The translations under genes were made by a program, and so were the position numbers. The notes under the pieces were generated by a model. The model made no database searches. It was given only the letters and a program-made list of their open reading frames with translations, and had not been told where the DNA came from. From Sphagnum compactum (Eukaryota), in assembly GCA_965153455.1 (NCBI GenBank), contig OZ234493.1:11584213-11648212 (forward strand): 64,000 nt of DNA, in the 5' to 3' direction. Shown piece after piece: positions 13,140 through 25,603 of this stretch (positions are counted from its first letter, which is position 1; each line of letters starts with the position of its first letter).

Positions 13140-13215
13140 ATACCATGTCAATCGTTGTAGGCATGTAGAAGGTGAAGGGGATACCATGTCAATCATTGTA
13201 GGCATGTAGAAGGTG
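13140..13215. repeat. 35-bp direct repeat x2 next to the NUPT
   Basis: ATACCATGTCAATC(G/A)TTGTAGGCATGTAGAAGGTG occurs at 13140-13174 and 13181-13215. Confidence 0.9.
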
Positions 13216-14456
13216 TAGCTGACCCAATAATGAAAGTATCATGAGGGGATCGGAGCAGGCTAACGATAAAGACCATAATTCAAATTAAGATAAGATGTTG
13301 ATGACTTTTCATATGTGTATGTCCTTGCTTTAGGAGGCCCCACCTTGTATAATTTAAGAAACAATTGAAATAAACATGTAACTTTCATGGGGGTATCTTT
13401 TTTCTCCTTTTCATCCACATTATAATTATTTTATTTTGTAATATGCATAATTATATGGTAGGCCCTTTGTATATTTGACTATAGTCATATTCGAAATTTT
13501 ATATTAACATAAAAATGATTTTTTTGTTTAAAATATGATATATTTTATTAATTATTTGAAACAAACTAATTCAAAGTTTGAACATCAACACCACTCAAAA
13601 TATAAACATTTTGAGATTTTCATCCAACTCCAAACTTCTTTTCATCTGACCTTCATTCAAGACTAGCCCACCTTTTTACAAAGCTTTCAAATTAAATCGA
13701 CCATAAACTAAATGGCATGTGCCCTACATATGTATTTCACATTCTTGTACCCCTATTATTAATCTTAAAAATAAATAATTAAAACTTATATTCATAATCC
13801 TATATTTATTTAAATGTGGTATGTAATTTATTTTGAAATTTATTTTTGAAAAATATTATATCCTATGTGTTTTTGCATGTCGTTTGGAAAAAGATGGAAG
13901 TGGCCTCCCAAGTATTGTTGGCATAAATATTTTAGTTCAAAACCAAAAAAAATATTCAAATAAATTTCTATAGAAAAATTGACATTTTTTTGCATGATGA
14001 TTTCTGGCACATGCAACCTCCACTTGGGATTATACATTTTAGGCCCAATGAATGCAAACAATAGGTCAAATGGCCAAAAATTAATGAATTACGTAATCTT
14101 TCAAATTTTCATATAGTTTTTAATATAATCAAATGAATCCAATGAACATTGCTAAACATAAATGTAAGCATTGTTGATTCAATACATTTTTTAAAAAATC
14201 AATTGCAGTGTTACATAATTCATTCCTTTTAATTTTTTATTTAAAATATATATTTTGAGAGACCCTAAAAATAAATTTATATAATATCTGGTTTACTATT
14301 AGATTTAGAAATGTATTTTACATGACAACATTCTAATAATAAACATACAACAATCCACTATAATTTTAATAAAATAAATATTATAAAAACCCAAGTTGGG
14401 TTATGAAATTTTATTTTATTTTATTAAACAATCCTTTTGGGAACCTCAACCTTGAA

Positions 14457-14674
14457 TAAGACTTGCAATATCCTATCTTATGAAAAAACAAATCAATTAA
14501 TAATATGTTAAGTTTGATAACACATGTAAATTAGTTTCCCAAAACTAGTTTTACCTATTACTTAATATTAAGACTTGCAATATCCTATCTTATGAAAATT
14601 ATTTTAAATTAATATGTTAAGTTTGATAACACATGTAAGTTAGTTTCCCAAAACTGATTTTACCTATTACTTAA
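14457..14674. repeat. About 110-bp tandem duplication
   Basis: TAAGACTTGCAATATCCTATCTTATGAAAA...AATATGTTAAGTTTGATAACACATGTAA...TTTTACCTATTACTTAA occurs twice head to tail. Confidence 0.85.
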
Positions 14675-17349
14675 CCTTTCTTCCTTCTAAGTCCTAGAAA
14701 GTATGAGATAAACAAAAAGATCCAAACCACATACACAATTACAATGTCATAGCATATTCAAAGAATTCAAAACAAATCAAAACATGCTTCTACTAATGAA
14801 ACTCCAATACGAAATATCAAACTTCAAAAAACCGATCTTCATGAGGTCTATCCTTCAACTTTATATAGAAGCTTATTCAAAATTGAGCTAGTTAATAATT
14901 ATAGGTGCAATATAGTCTATATGGCTAATAACTAATCAATATCTTATAACTAGTGACATGAGACTAGTGACCTAATTCTAATTAAACATTTATTTCTTAA
15001 CATTTAGAATCAATTCAATTTTGTAAAAAAAATTCTACCTATGAAACATGATGTTTGATGTTCAGCACAAAATGATATGCATTCTTTTATTCAATATAGA
15101 CATGTTATTAGTATTAAGAACAAATTTTTATAATCTTGACATATAATTAATTATGAGGTTGCAAACATAATGCATTGACACCTAAACCTCCAACACTTGG
15201 ACAAAGAAATACTCTATCTAGATTGACACCTTCACCTATGTATATTACACAACCCTTCACCGTTGAGACTCCTCTAGCTATGCTACTACTTGCCTTCTAT
15301 TATCAAAGTATTTCCCTTGACGTAGCTTCTAAAGCCAAAAGTTCAAAGACAATTCCATTGGCAACAATCACAAGTTGATATGTAATGCTACTAGTTGGTG
15401 TAGCAATGGACCATAAGATGGTACCATTATTTGCATCAATAACTACCCACCCACCTTCATTTGTAACTTCATTTGATGGAAGAAATGTAAAATTGTTGCT
15501 TTGAGAATTAACAATGTTTGTGTAACATCAGTTGATAAACCCCAAATTGATCCTAGTGGCCCAACAACCTATTCAAGTTATGGAGAGATCATCAAACTTC
15601 CCATAGTTAATAAAAAGCTCCTTACAATAGAAGACAATTAACTTGGTGTCCAAAGAAAGAAAATGTATTCATGAAACAACTTGGATGTTCTTTGTCAAAA
15701 AAGAGGATTGGTTAATATAAATGTAGGTCAAAAGTTTCATGACCTTTAAATTAACCAATATGCATTATTTCATGGGTTGTATGATCAATACTTATGATTA
15801 ATGTTTAGCCGTTAATGAACTATCAAATTGACTTACAATACATGTAAGCAAATTGTCATCAAATTGTTAATAGATAAGTTTATATATGTATAATGAATGG
15901 ATTTAACCTTTTCTTGCACATTGATCGCCAAGTTTTCCTTTGTAGATGATGTACTTACCCAAAAAAAAGCCTACAACATGGTGAAAATTAAGATCACACA
16001 AAATATTGTCCAACCCCTAAATGCCTAGAACCACATTATCCCATTTCACAATCTTCAACTTGCATTGTCTTTCTTAACCTTATATCACAACTGGCGAACT
16101 GAAGACCTATAGAATGTTTTTGGTTCACAATGTCAAGTCTTTTTTTTTAGTCCCCTAATAAGTTGGAGAACTAAGTTGAAGACAAATAGTAGACATACAC
16201 AAATGGGCCTTTCCCATAATAATTCACAATCCATGTATGTTCAATTGTTGATATGTAGAGCAAAGAATATGTTTCATCAAATCTTCACAAATTTAATCCA
16301 TGTTATAGTGGTCCTAAGTTGTGAACTTGGAAGGCCTTGTCTCAAAAGACATAACTTTATTTTTTTTAAAACAACTTGAGATTGCCCATGCCTCATTATG
16401 GAAATATTCATCCAAGGCATACATGACACAAATGCTAACACAACTTTTGTCATCTATTAAAGTCAAGGCTCTATTGGCTTTTATATAATGTGTAGGTGTT
16501 TGGTGGTATTTTTTGAGTTACCCAAGTAGATGAAAACAAAAATTTGAAAAATTGGGTCCACATTTAATGTTTGGAAAGAATTGGATGACCTTCTTCCACC
16601 ACTTGCATGGCCCAAATAGCAATCCAACTTTTAACAAACATTACTATTGGACAAGTGGCAATTATCGAATGATTTCCCTTTATTTCCATTCCCTACCAAC
16701 TTTGAACTCCTTATGTTTAGTGCTCTTGTCAAATTAAAACCCCCTTAAACCATGAATGAAATGAACTTGGGGTCTTGGCACCTTGGTAGTGGCCCATAAA
16801 TAATGGTCCATTTACTTTGGGCCTTTTCAATGTATAAAAGAAGGGTCAAAATCATTCTCTTACATAAAACATCGTTATGAAAGTGACACTACAAAGGGAT
16901 AAGACAACAATGTAGTGACAAGGACAATGAGGAAGGACAAGTTGATGGCTAATTTCCACCCAGGTGGAAGTTACTTTGACATGTTAGAAAGTAGCTTTTT
17001 ACTATCCCTATGACATCACTATGACATCAACGAATAAGATTTCTTCAACCCAACAAAGGACCAAATATACAAAGGAAAAAATGCAAAATGTTCAAAATGT
17101 TTCAAAATGTTTTTACAATTACTAATCATTCATCATAAACTAGGTCAAATATTATAGTCCAAGCATTTCAAGGTCCATCCTAAAGGTATGTAATCAACAA
17201 CATTCATACCCAGTTCTTGCTCAAAATTGAAATGTATTAAACATTCCATGTTCTACAACCCACCACCAATCCCCCTTGACCAAGCCTAGACCACGTACAC
17301 TTTTTGCAAATGCCTTTGAATTGCAAATAGGCAATCATCAGCTTCCAAG

Positions 17350-20300
17350 GTGCTGATGCCTTCGACATTACCATCTTTTCCTCTTTTTTCAACTTGGACA
17401 TGGATTGCATCATTAGATATCATTGATGTTTTCCATCTTAGTTTACCACACCCACACTCATATCATCATATTCCATATGTTCTTTGTGTCAAGGTTCAAT
17501 GTGCTTTGCACATCCTTTTCGCTCGGCTGATTGTTAATCCATCTGACATAATAGCTTGGCATGCATTTTTGTTCTTCCATTCTTGGTGTTTGGGTGAAAA
17601 TCCTTTAAGGTGTACCACACAGAATGAAAAGGGCATAGTCCTTACTATAGTCCTTTTTTACCCTATATTTTGATCCCCATAAAAATTAATGAATCAAAAG
17701 TTGTCAAAATTTTCAGAAGGACTATATTTTAAACTAGTACAGTTTTAGATTCCATCATAATCATCCATAAATGTGAGTTTACATGGTAAAAAAGAATTAG
17801 GTAAAAAAGACACAAAAAGGTGATGTTGTGATAAGATTTTCGTACACCTTAAAAAATTTGGACCCATTTGTCATTTCTGCCAAGGGTGGTGAAAAAGACC
17901 ACCAAAAGACTCACGCCCATTTGCATTGATAAATGACAGGGGATTAAAAAACATTACAAGACGAACATACATTAAAGCGCAAGCATTGGCTTCCCGAAGA
18001 CCTTTAGAGAAAGCACCAGATCCTACTCCACTTCCATCAACATGATTGTGTCATGCACATGCACTTGTTCATGTAGGGGACTATGTTCGAACAATGTGTG
18101 CATTAGCCCCCAACATTTTTGCGGCCTCATCAATTGAGACCATTACGGCCCTTTGCCATCTTCATCCATTAGCTGAGGTTGACCTCCTCCCTTTTGTCGA
18201 TGATTTTCATACAAAGACGAATCTTGTTTTGGATAGAGAGGCATTTATTTATGCTTTGACATGTTCATCATATTTTTCATTTAACAATCCTTTGGGTATG
18301 GTATGAGTTTTTATGAGATTGTTTTGTCCCTGATGACTATATTAATGGCTTTGATATTTTTTTTGAGATATGCAAGCACATTGTTCATGGTAATGTTCCT
18401 CCATTAGTATCATGCCTATTTGTTGCATTGCAACTATTAGCTTTGGAAAAACAAATTGGAGGCATTCGACCCATTGCGATTGGGAAGGTGATTTATCGGT
18501 TAGTCACCTGCAAATTGGCTATTCAATTCAAGGATACATTTGCAGAACATTTTAATCCACACTAGTTTGGGGTGGCAACATCGAGCAAATGCGAAACAAT
18601 GGGTCATGAAATTAGAGCTATGTTGGATCTACATCCGAAATGGGTGGTATTACAAGTGGATGTTCAAAACGCATTTAATTCAGTATTTCTCGAATAGCCA
18701 TTTTTCAGGAGTTACAATCTTGTATTGGCACTTTGGATCAACTTTTCCCATTTGTTTGGCAGTTTTACGCATGCCCATCTTCATTATATTTCTTGGAGGC
18801 TTTTAGACACAAGGATCTCACTGTCATTTCATCCAAATCTAGTACATGACATGGGGATCCTTTGGGAGGAATGTTGTTTGCATTAGTTCATTTTCGCACT
18901 TTTTGTCTTACTGCAACAACCCACCCTACTTGTGTTTTTCCTTCATTGGCGAATGATACACACATAGTTGGTCCTGCCTCGAACGTGTTACCTATTTTTT
19001 GCGATTTTAGGAAGAATTTGGACCATTAGGATTTTTAGTGCAGTCGGCAAAATGTGTAGTTTAATCTCCATAAGGGTTAGACCAATCTATATCACCTTCT
19101 CCAAGTTTTCTGGCACCTAAGTTTGATCTTTGTATTTTAAATGTTTTAATGGTTTTTTTGTCATTTGTGGAGTCTTTGTATCAGAGGCGTTCTAAGAGGA
19201 CCTGAACACAATCGTTAGCCTTCCTATGTTTGCAAATCCTCAAGTAACTTTTGTGATGTTTTCGTTTTATTATGCCAAATGACTAAACTACCTACAACGT
19301 ACTATATTTCCATCACCAATTATCTTGTAACATTATATTGAATTTGATGTTCATACCATTGCTATGTTGGAAAAGCTATTAAGGTCAGGATCCTTTGGAA
19401 CCATAATGGGCCATTTGATTCATCGTCAGGTCACTCTTCTTGTTTCTTTAAGGGGGCTAGGCCTTCCCTTAGTGGTTTGACATGTTGCCCTTGCCTTTTT
19501 AGGATGTTGGACTTTGATTGCTCCTACATTAGTTTTTCGTTTCCAATAGGATGATCACCCTCTCTTCTTGATGCAGTGGCACATGTAGAAACCAATACTT
19601 ATTCCTTCTAGGTAGCACTACGGGATTCCTGTGCGATGTTACATGAGGTCATTTAATCACATGTCTTGCCTTTCAAAAATCTAGTGGTGTAATATTATCT
19701 TCTAATGCAATCTTTTTTGATGGACCAACTACATGAGTAGGAATTTACTTCATTTCTAGCAAATGTTCCTTTGAATGTTATGCAAACACATCTCCGTTCA
19801 TGTGCAGGTCTAGCAATGAGGGCTTAGTTATTAGCTCGTCCTAACACCCCATTAGTTCATTTGTCCTCCGCCCATTTTCTTACAACATTCCATATTCATC
19901 TCGATATACCACATCCTACAGTTACACATTTTTCACAATGTTAGTGTGGTCACACCATCAATGATTTGGGTATCCATTTCCTACGTTGCATATGTGAGAG
20001 TGAATGCATTGCAACCCATGATACATTTCAAAATACCATTGCAGTTATCGCATTGGAGAATGGAGTTCACATACAAAGAGATATTTCCCACCTTTTCTCC
20101 CGCCATGCACGGAAATGAGTGGATATTGTCATCATCAAAGACAATTTTTGAACCTTAGCGGACGTTGTCATTGTTAATCTAACTCATACAAATTTGGTGT
20201 AGTGTGCTTTGATGATGATAACACATGTAGCAACAGTTGTCACTCAAGACAAAACATGATCCTACATAAAGCAAGCGTCAAGAAATAATTTCATTCCCCT

Positions 20301-20580
20301 TGCCATAGAAACCTATGATTGTCTCCATCCTCATTTTGATTCCTTTTTTACTTCTTGTGTACATGTCAATATAGCTCGCCATAAGCAAACCTCCTTGGTA
20401 CCTTTGATGCTTATATCTTATTATAAACAACAAGTGTCGATAGCCTTTCAGCGTGCACAAGTCATCACGATTCTTTAACGAGTTGCCACTCTTAGTGGCA
20501 ATCCTTCATGTCTTTCACACATACCAGCTAGTGCACCTCCACCATTAACCGATTTGTGACAAAGGATGCCCTTTTAACAT
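17350..20580 (+). mobile_element. Decayed non-LTR retrotransposon with RT, CCHC finger and restriction-like endonuclease (CRE-clade-like)
   Basis: Motifs in order across stops and frameshifts: GGIRPIAIGKVIYRLV (18458), QVDVQNAFN (18653), ST*HGDPLG (18841), ANDTHIVGP (18949, the degenerate xDD), GGLGL (about 19450), C*CGHTINDLGIHFLRC...HD (19939), FIPLAIETY (20290), QQVSIAFQRAQ. No APE domain is seen. Ends are approximate. Confidence 0.85.
17592..17865. mobile_element. Non-autonomous TIR element (274 bp) nested in the CRE-like element
   Basis: 24-bp TIRs: GGGTGAAAATCCTTTAAGGTGTAC versus the reverse complement of the right end, GGGTCCAAATTTTTTAAGGTGTAC. The 4-bp flanks are GTTT and ATTT. Removing the element and one flank restores the host reading W-C-L-S. 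Confidence 0.75.
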
Positions 20581-21283
20581 TACGTCTTCCACTTCATTAC
20601 TACTACTTTGATTGTCTTGGTCTTCTTCTTGTGTGTTTACATTTGCTTTGACATGCCTTGTACTTTTTGTGAAGAGATTTCCATCCTTGTTTATACATAT
20701 ACAGGGTTTTCTCCCTTGAAGGTTGCCCCGGGTGAGCCTTGTTGTCCTACAACCTTCATGCAGATGGTGTGCACTAAAGGAAAGAGCATGAGAGTACTAA
20801 TCAGTTTGGATTCTGAATCCAATTCACGTCATCTCTATTTTTCGAGGTAACAGGTAAACTTCAAGGGGTGCAAGTGCAATATTCTTGTGTTGTTTAATAA
20901 TAGAGTTTTCCGTAGTCAGGAAAACACGGCACCAGAACCCTGAGTTTGGAGCCAGAAAGTCTTTTATTCAACTTCATGATGTGAATGCTATTTTCAAGTA
21001 CCAGAACGTAGTTGGTGGTATGTTTTCTTGCATCACAAATTGAATCCAACAACCAGCAAAAGTTGTTGATAGTTTATGGGGCATTCTTGAGTGTTGTCTT
21101 GATGAAATCTTTTTTTTTCTGATGATGTTGTCACCAGTTTGTGTGGAGAGTTGTTGCCAAGGTTGGATCAAGACTTTGAGTTAACATGTGAGCTTCTGAA
21201 TTCAGAGTAACTTGTCTGTTCGGTTGGGACTCCAATAGATTTAGAACCTTGACTGTACATGATGTCCATTCCTTAAAGATCTG

Positions 21284-21452
21284 ATCAAGCTCTATCATTG
21301 CTCTAGAAGAATCCAATTACAATTCCTTGCATTTGAAACATCAAGCTTTGCCATTGCTCTTGAAGAATATCCAATGACAATTTCTTGTATTCAAATCATC
21401 AAGCTCTGTCATTGCTCCTAAAGAATCTGAGTGCATTTCTTGTCTTTGAATC
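21284..21452. repeat. Imperfect ~56-bp tandem repeat x3
   Basis: Unit ATCAAGCTCTGTCATTGCTCTAGAAGAATCCAATGACAATTTCTTGTATTTGAAAC. Confidence 0.75.
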
Positions 21453-21565
21453 GAATGTGGAAAACGTTAAGTAGAAAATTCAAACCAACCACAGCTACCT
21501 TGTGATCAATGTTTGCAATATCTTTGTACTCAAATTTTTGCATCAGTACTTGAAAGGAAAACATG

Positions 21566-21790
21566 GATCCGGATTTTCTTTAGATCAAAATGAGGCAGCA
21601 GGTACTTCATTCATAGCTCTGGATTTTCTTTGAAGCAGATGAGGCCACAGGTACATCACAGATCCGGATTTTCCTTGAAGCAAAAGAATGGTGCAGCAGG
21701 TATGCCATGGATCTGGATTTTCTTTTCAAAGCAAAATGATGCAGCAGGTACATCACGGATCTGGATTTTCTTTGAAGCAAATGATGCATC
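21566..21790. repeat. Imperfect ~45-50-bp tandem repeat x5
   Basis: Unit GGATCTGGATTTTCTTTGAAGCAAAATGATGCAGCAGGTACATCAC, with indels that break the reading frame between units. Confidence 0.85.
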
Positions 21791-22912
21791 ATGATCAATT
21801 GAATTCATTCTCCTTGCAAAATTTGAACAAAAATAGAGTGAATTGATTTCATGAAGCCTGTCTGGAATGGAGGAGAAGATGTAGATGCATGCACTCACAG
21901 GAAAGGAGCAACATGATTGAATGTATAACTAGGCAGGAGATCACACAGCATTTCTGCACTGAGTATGAGAATCCTGAACCTTGCAGCACTTTTGTCTCCA
22001 AGCTTTTTTCTTCTTGGAGGAGGAAACAGACAAACTTGTGGGAGAAGTGGCTGTTGATGATTGAGTCAGATTTTACACAAAGAGAAAGCTGCTGATCATG
22101 GCGTGCTCATCTGTTGGAGGAAACAAACACAATCTATGGAGAACTGGCTGTGCTGATGATTGAGTCAGATTTTCAAAGAGAAAGCTGAGGATCGACTGTA
22201 GCCCCATGGAGATGCTGATTGTAGCCTGCTTTCTATTTCCAGTGGCACAAAACATAGAGAGAGAGAGAGAGAGAGAGAGTTGTTGCAGTGAACGGGAGCT
22301 CAGTTCCTCTCTGAAAATGGGAGCCTAGAGGAGACTTGCATGCAGTGCATATGCAGATTCAGCAGCCAGCAGCAGGCACAAGAAGAAACTGGCAGTGCTA
22401 GTGCTCAGCAATTGCGGCATGATGGACATGGGTGTCTTCGAGTTCCACCATCCCTCCAACCCCAAGATCACCAGACCAACCGGCTGGAACTCTTTCTTCT
22501 TCTGCTGACCACCAAAGAATTGAGCGTGAGCTGTTGCTGCTGCCTGTCTGATGAAGAATTCAAACAAGCAAGAATTTGAGGACCTGCTGCTCCTCCTCCT
22601 CCTTGTTGCTGCATGCATTCGATGATCAGGCTGCTTACATGCTGCTGGTACTTTCGGAGCTTGTTGCAACCTCGAGATCTGTTCCTGATGTGGAATTGCT
22701 GATCCTTGTCTTGACACCTTTCTGAGAGAGAGATCGTCAGGAATTGCATGATCAGGAGTTTTGCAGCTACGTCTGTGGGTGGATTTTCAGCTTCTGCGAG
22801 ACTGGATCTTTCCCTTCTTGAGGCACGAAGGGATTTGTGAAGACGAAGATCATTTATCTATCTATCTATCTATCTAGAAGACTAATTCTCGCGAAGAAAG
22901 AAAGAAAGAAAA

Positions 22913-25603
22913 ATGGGTCAGAGCCTGAGCTCCATGTTCTCTGCCTTGAACCTCAGAGGCGTTTTCGGGCCCCGAGTGACGGCGGAAGAAGTTGCGAGAG
23001 GTGTTGATCTGTTCAAACGCACCGTCATTGTCACTGGTATGCATTCACATTTCTCTCGCTCTCGCTCGCTCTCTGTCTCTCTGTCTCTGTGTGTCTCGGA
23101 GCTTGTGCTTCAGAAGAAATGGCCGACATTGGGTGGTAAACATTGTAGGAGCGACGTCGGGAATAGGACGAGAGACGGCGAGAGTGCTGGCAATGCACGG
23201 AGCGCATGTGGTGATCGCCGCTCGCAAGATGGAGTCCGGATTGGCGCTCAAGGAAACCATACTCACAGAATCTCCCAAAGCCACAGTGGATGTGATGCAC
23301 ATCGACCTGGCTTCCTTGAAATCCGTCAAGAGTTTTGCTGAGGAATATAAGGCCAAGAATCTTGGCCTCGACATTCTCATGTAAGTTGTCCAAATCTGAA
23401 ACAAGATCTTCAAGAATCAGAAGAAGTTTCTTTCCGCAAGAACGTGGAGAAGATCTTCAAAAGATGCAAACCCAATTGAGGTTTTGTCTTCCTCACAAGG
23501 AATCAAGGAACTTCTGCTGCTGCTGCTGCAGCAGCAGCAAAAGTACAACACTTTCCTTGAACTCAGGTTTCTGGGTTTCAGGCCATCAAACTAGAGAAAG
23601 CTTCAACAGTGAAGGAATCAACAGGAGGGTTATGATGACGATGCCAACTTGCTAACTCTTTGTGTGCACTGGGGTTTGCTGGATGCATCTTTTGTGCACT
23701 GCAGCAACAATGCCGGAGTGTTTATGAAGCAGTTTGTGGCATCCGATGAAGGAATCGAGTACATGTTTACAGTTCATGATTTGGGTACTAATCCAGAACT
23801 TTTCTTGCCGTTGAAATTCTTCTTCCCATATAGATTGAATGAGTTTCTTAAAGCTATTTTACATATGGCTTACTTCAGAATGAATCAGATGCAGCCAGTT
23901 TGTTTCAGAGCTTGCAGCTCCTTTGCAATCAAATCCCACTCTGCATGCCAGACAGTACTGCCACCTAGGTTGCTGCAATCTTCTCCAAAACTTGGCAAGC
24001 ACACTCACCTCTGCCAATGGGCAGTACGAGTGAGAATGAGAGAGAGATACCAGAGAGACAGTTAGAGGGGGGCTAGGTTAGCAATAGACGAAAAGCAGGG
24101 AAAACAACCATGAAATTGTCATTCTACTTTCAGAGGCACACATGGGAATCAGCAGATGTGCATTGTGAATACCACAGACAGACAGGTCTACAGGCAGACG
24201 AACACATGGATGGACAGAAATACAGGATCTTGTGTTTGACAAAGCACACATGATGTGGTTAGAGGACTTGGGTTGCATAATAATGTGCGACATTGTTTCT
24301 GGTGCAGGGCATTACTATCTCACTGCACTGTTGCTTGATACCATAAAGAAAACAGCAAAGGAGAGTGGCAACGAAGGCCGAATTGTCTTCACAGCCTCTG
24401 AAGGGCACCGCATCACATACAAGGAGGGAATCGATTTCCATTCCCTCACAGATCCAGCCCTGTACTTGGCTAATCCATTTGCTTCTCACTAGGGGCTTCA
24501 CATTTTATACAGCATTCACATCCTCCCTAATTGCCCACCCATCAACAGTAAAATATTTGGAAATCTCTTGAGAAATCTTTCTTGAGTTGCAGGCAAATTT
24601 TAGTGCAGAATATGGAGTTGTTCCTCATCAGTTTGGGGATTGTGTCCACAGCTTCAACCCGTACAAAGCATATGGGCAGTCAAAGCTTGGGGATATTCTT
24701 CTTGCCAAAGAGTTTGCTGAAATTTTGAAGGTATAATTTCCTTGCTCCAGCCCTAGTCTTATAATTATAGGAGCTGGAAATGGGATCTGATCTGTGTTAT
24801 GTGAATCTGTACCTTTAAGTATTTGGATATAATCTGGGTTTCAATAGAGGTTTGAGGGTGCACTCGAAATTGTGGGGGTTATATTGCAGGGTTAAGTATG
24901 ATATTGAGTTGTCCCCCCATAGAAGAATTGTTGATGGATGGGATTGGGCAGGAGGAGGGAGCACCAGTGACATCAAATGCTGTGCACCCAGGAGCTGTGA
25001 CCACAAAGTTGGGCAGGAATTTCTTCAACCATGCCATCACAGGTTTTTGCTACTGAGCACCCATGTACTCCAAGTTTTTGGCAGGTTTAGTAAATTGGAA
25101 TGTAGCCCGAGGAGTTGGGTGGTGTAGTGAACATCAACAATGGTTTCTGCAAGTTCCAGTTTGAAAACATGATATGGGTGAATTTTGGTTTTGGTTGTTG
25201 CTTGCACAGATGTTGGCTATGAGGTTTCAAAACCATTTCTGAGGTCACCAGAAGAGGTAATGTTCAATGCCATGCATCTTTTGGAAGATTTTTCTTGTCA
25301 AATGCAGTGAAAGGTGGAAGTTCAATATGCAGAAGAAGACAACCATAGTAGAAACCTGCAGTTACGTGTACTTCTTTTTTGGGGGCTGAAAATGCCATGT
25401 ATTCGGAATTGCAGGGAGCAGCAACAATAGTATATGTTGCAACACGTCCTGAGTTGAAGGGAGAGACAGGCAAATATTTTGCAGATTGTGCTGAAAAGCA
25501 ACCAAGCAATCATGCTTGCAACAAGGAACTCCGGAAGAAGCTATGGAAGTGGTGTGAAGAATTTGTGGCTGCACGACTGAGTACCTACTCAGAACAGAAG
25601 TGA
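22913..25603 (+). CDS. Short-chain dehydrogenase/reductase, TIC32/retinol-dehydrogenase-like, 8 exons, 331 aa
   Basis: Exons 22913-23036, 23149-23380, 23705-23784, 24308-24461, 24652-24730, 24952-25042, 25210-25256 and 25415-25603 (996 nt) are all GT-AG and in frame. Motifs: TGATSGIG, DLASLKSV, INNAG, YGQSK (catalytic YxxxK), VHPG, GAAT..Y, GKYFADC. Confidence 0.93.

Noticed and set aside
12969-13160. Functional nuclear rps12 gene
   Set aside because: No ATG, transit peptide or other exons. Conserved residues are mutated and it runs into plastid intron sequence.
15170-16900. Possible decayed TE coding sequence
   Set aside because: No motif I could identify in any frame; left unclassified.
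22048-22220. C/D box snoRNA pair (TGATGA...CTGA)
   Set aside because: Box-like words are present, but I could not identify a terminal stem or rRNA-complementary guide.
22325-22749. Q/G-rich ORFs upstream of the SDR gene
   Set aside because: Low-complexity triplet-driven ORFs with no domain and no consistent splice model.
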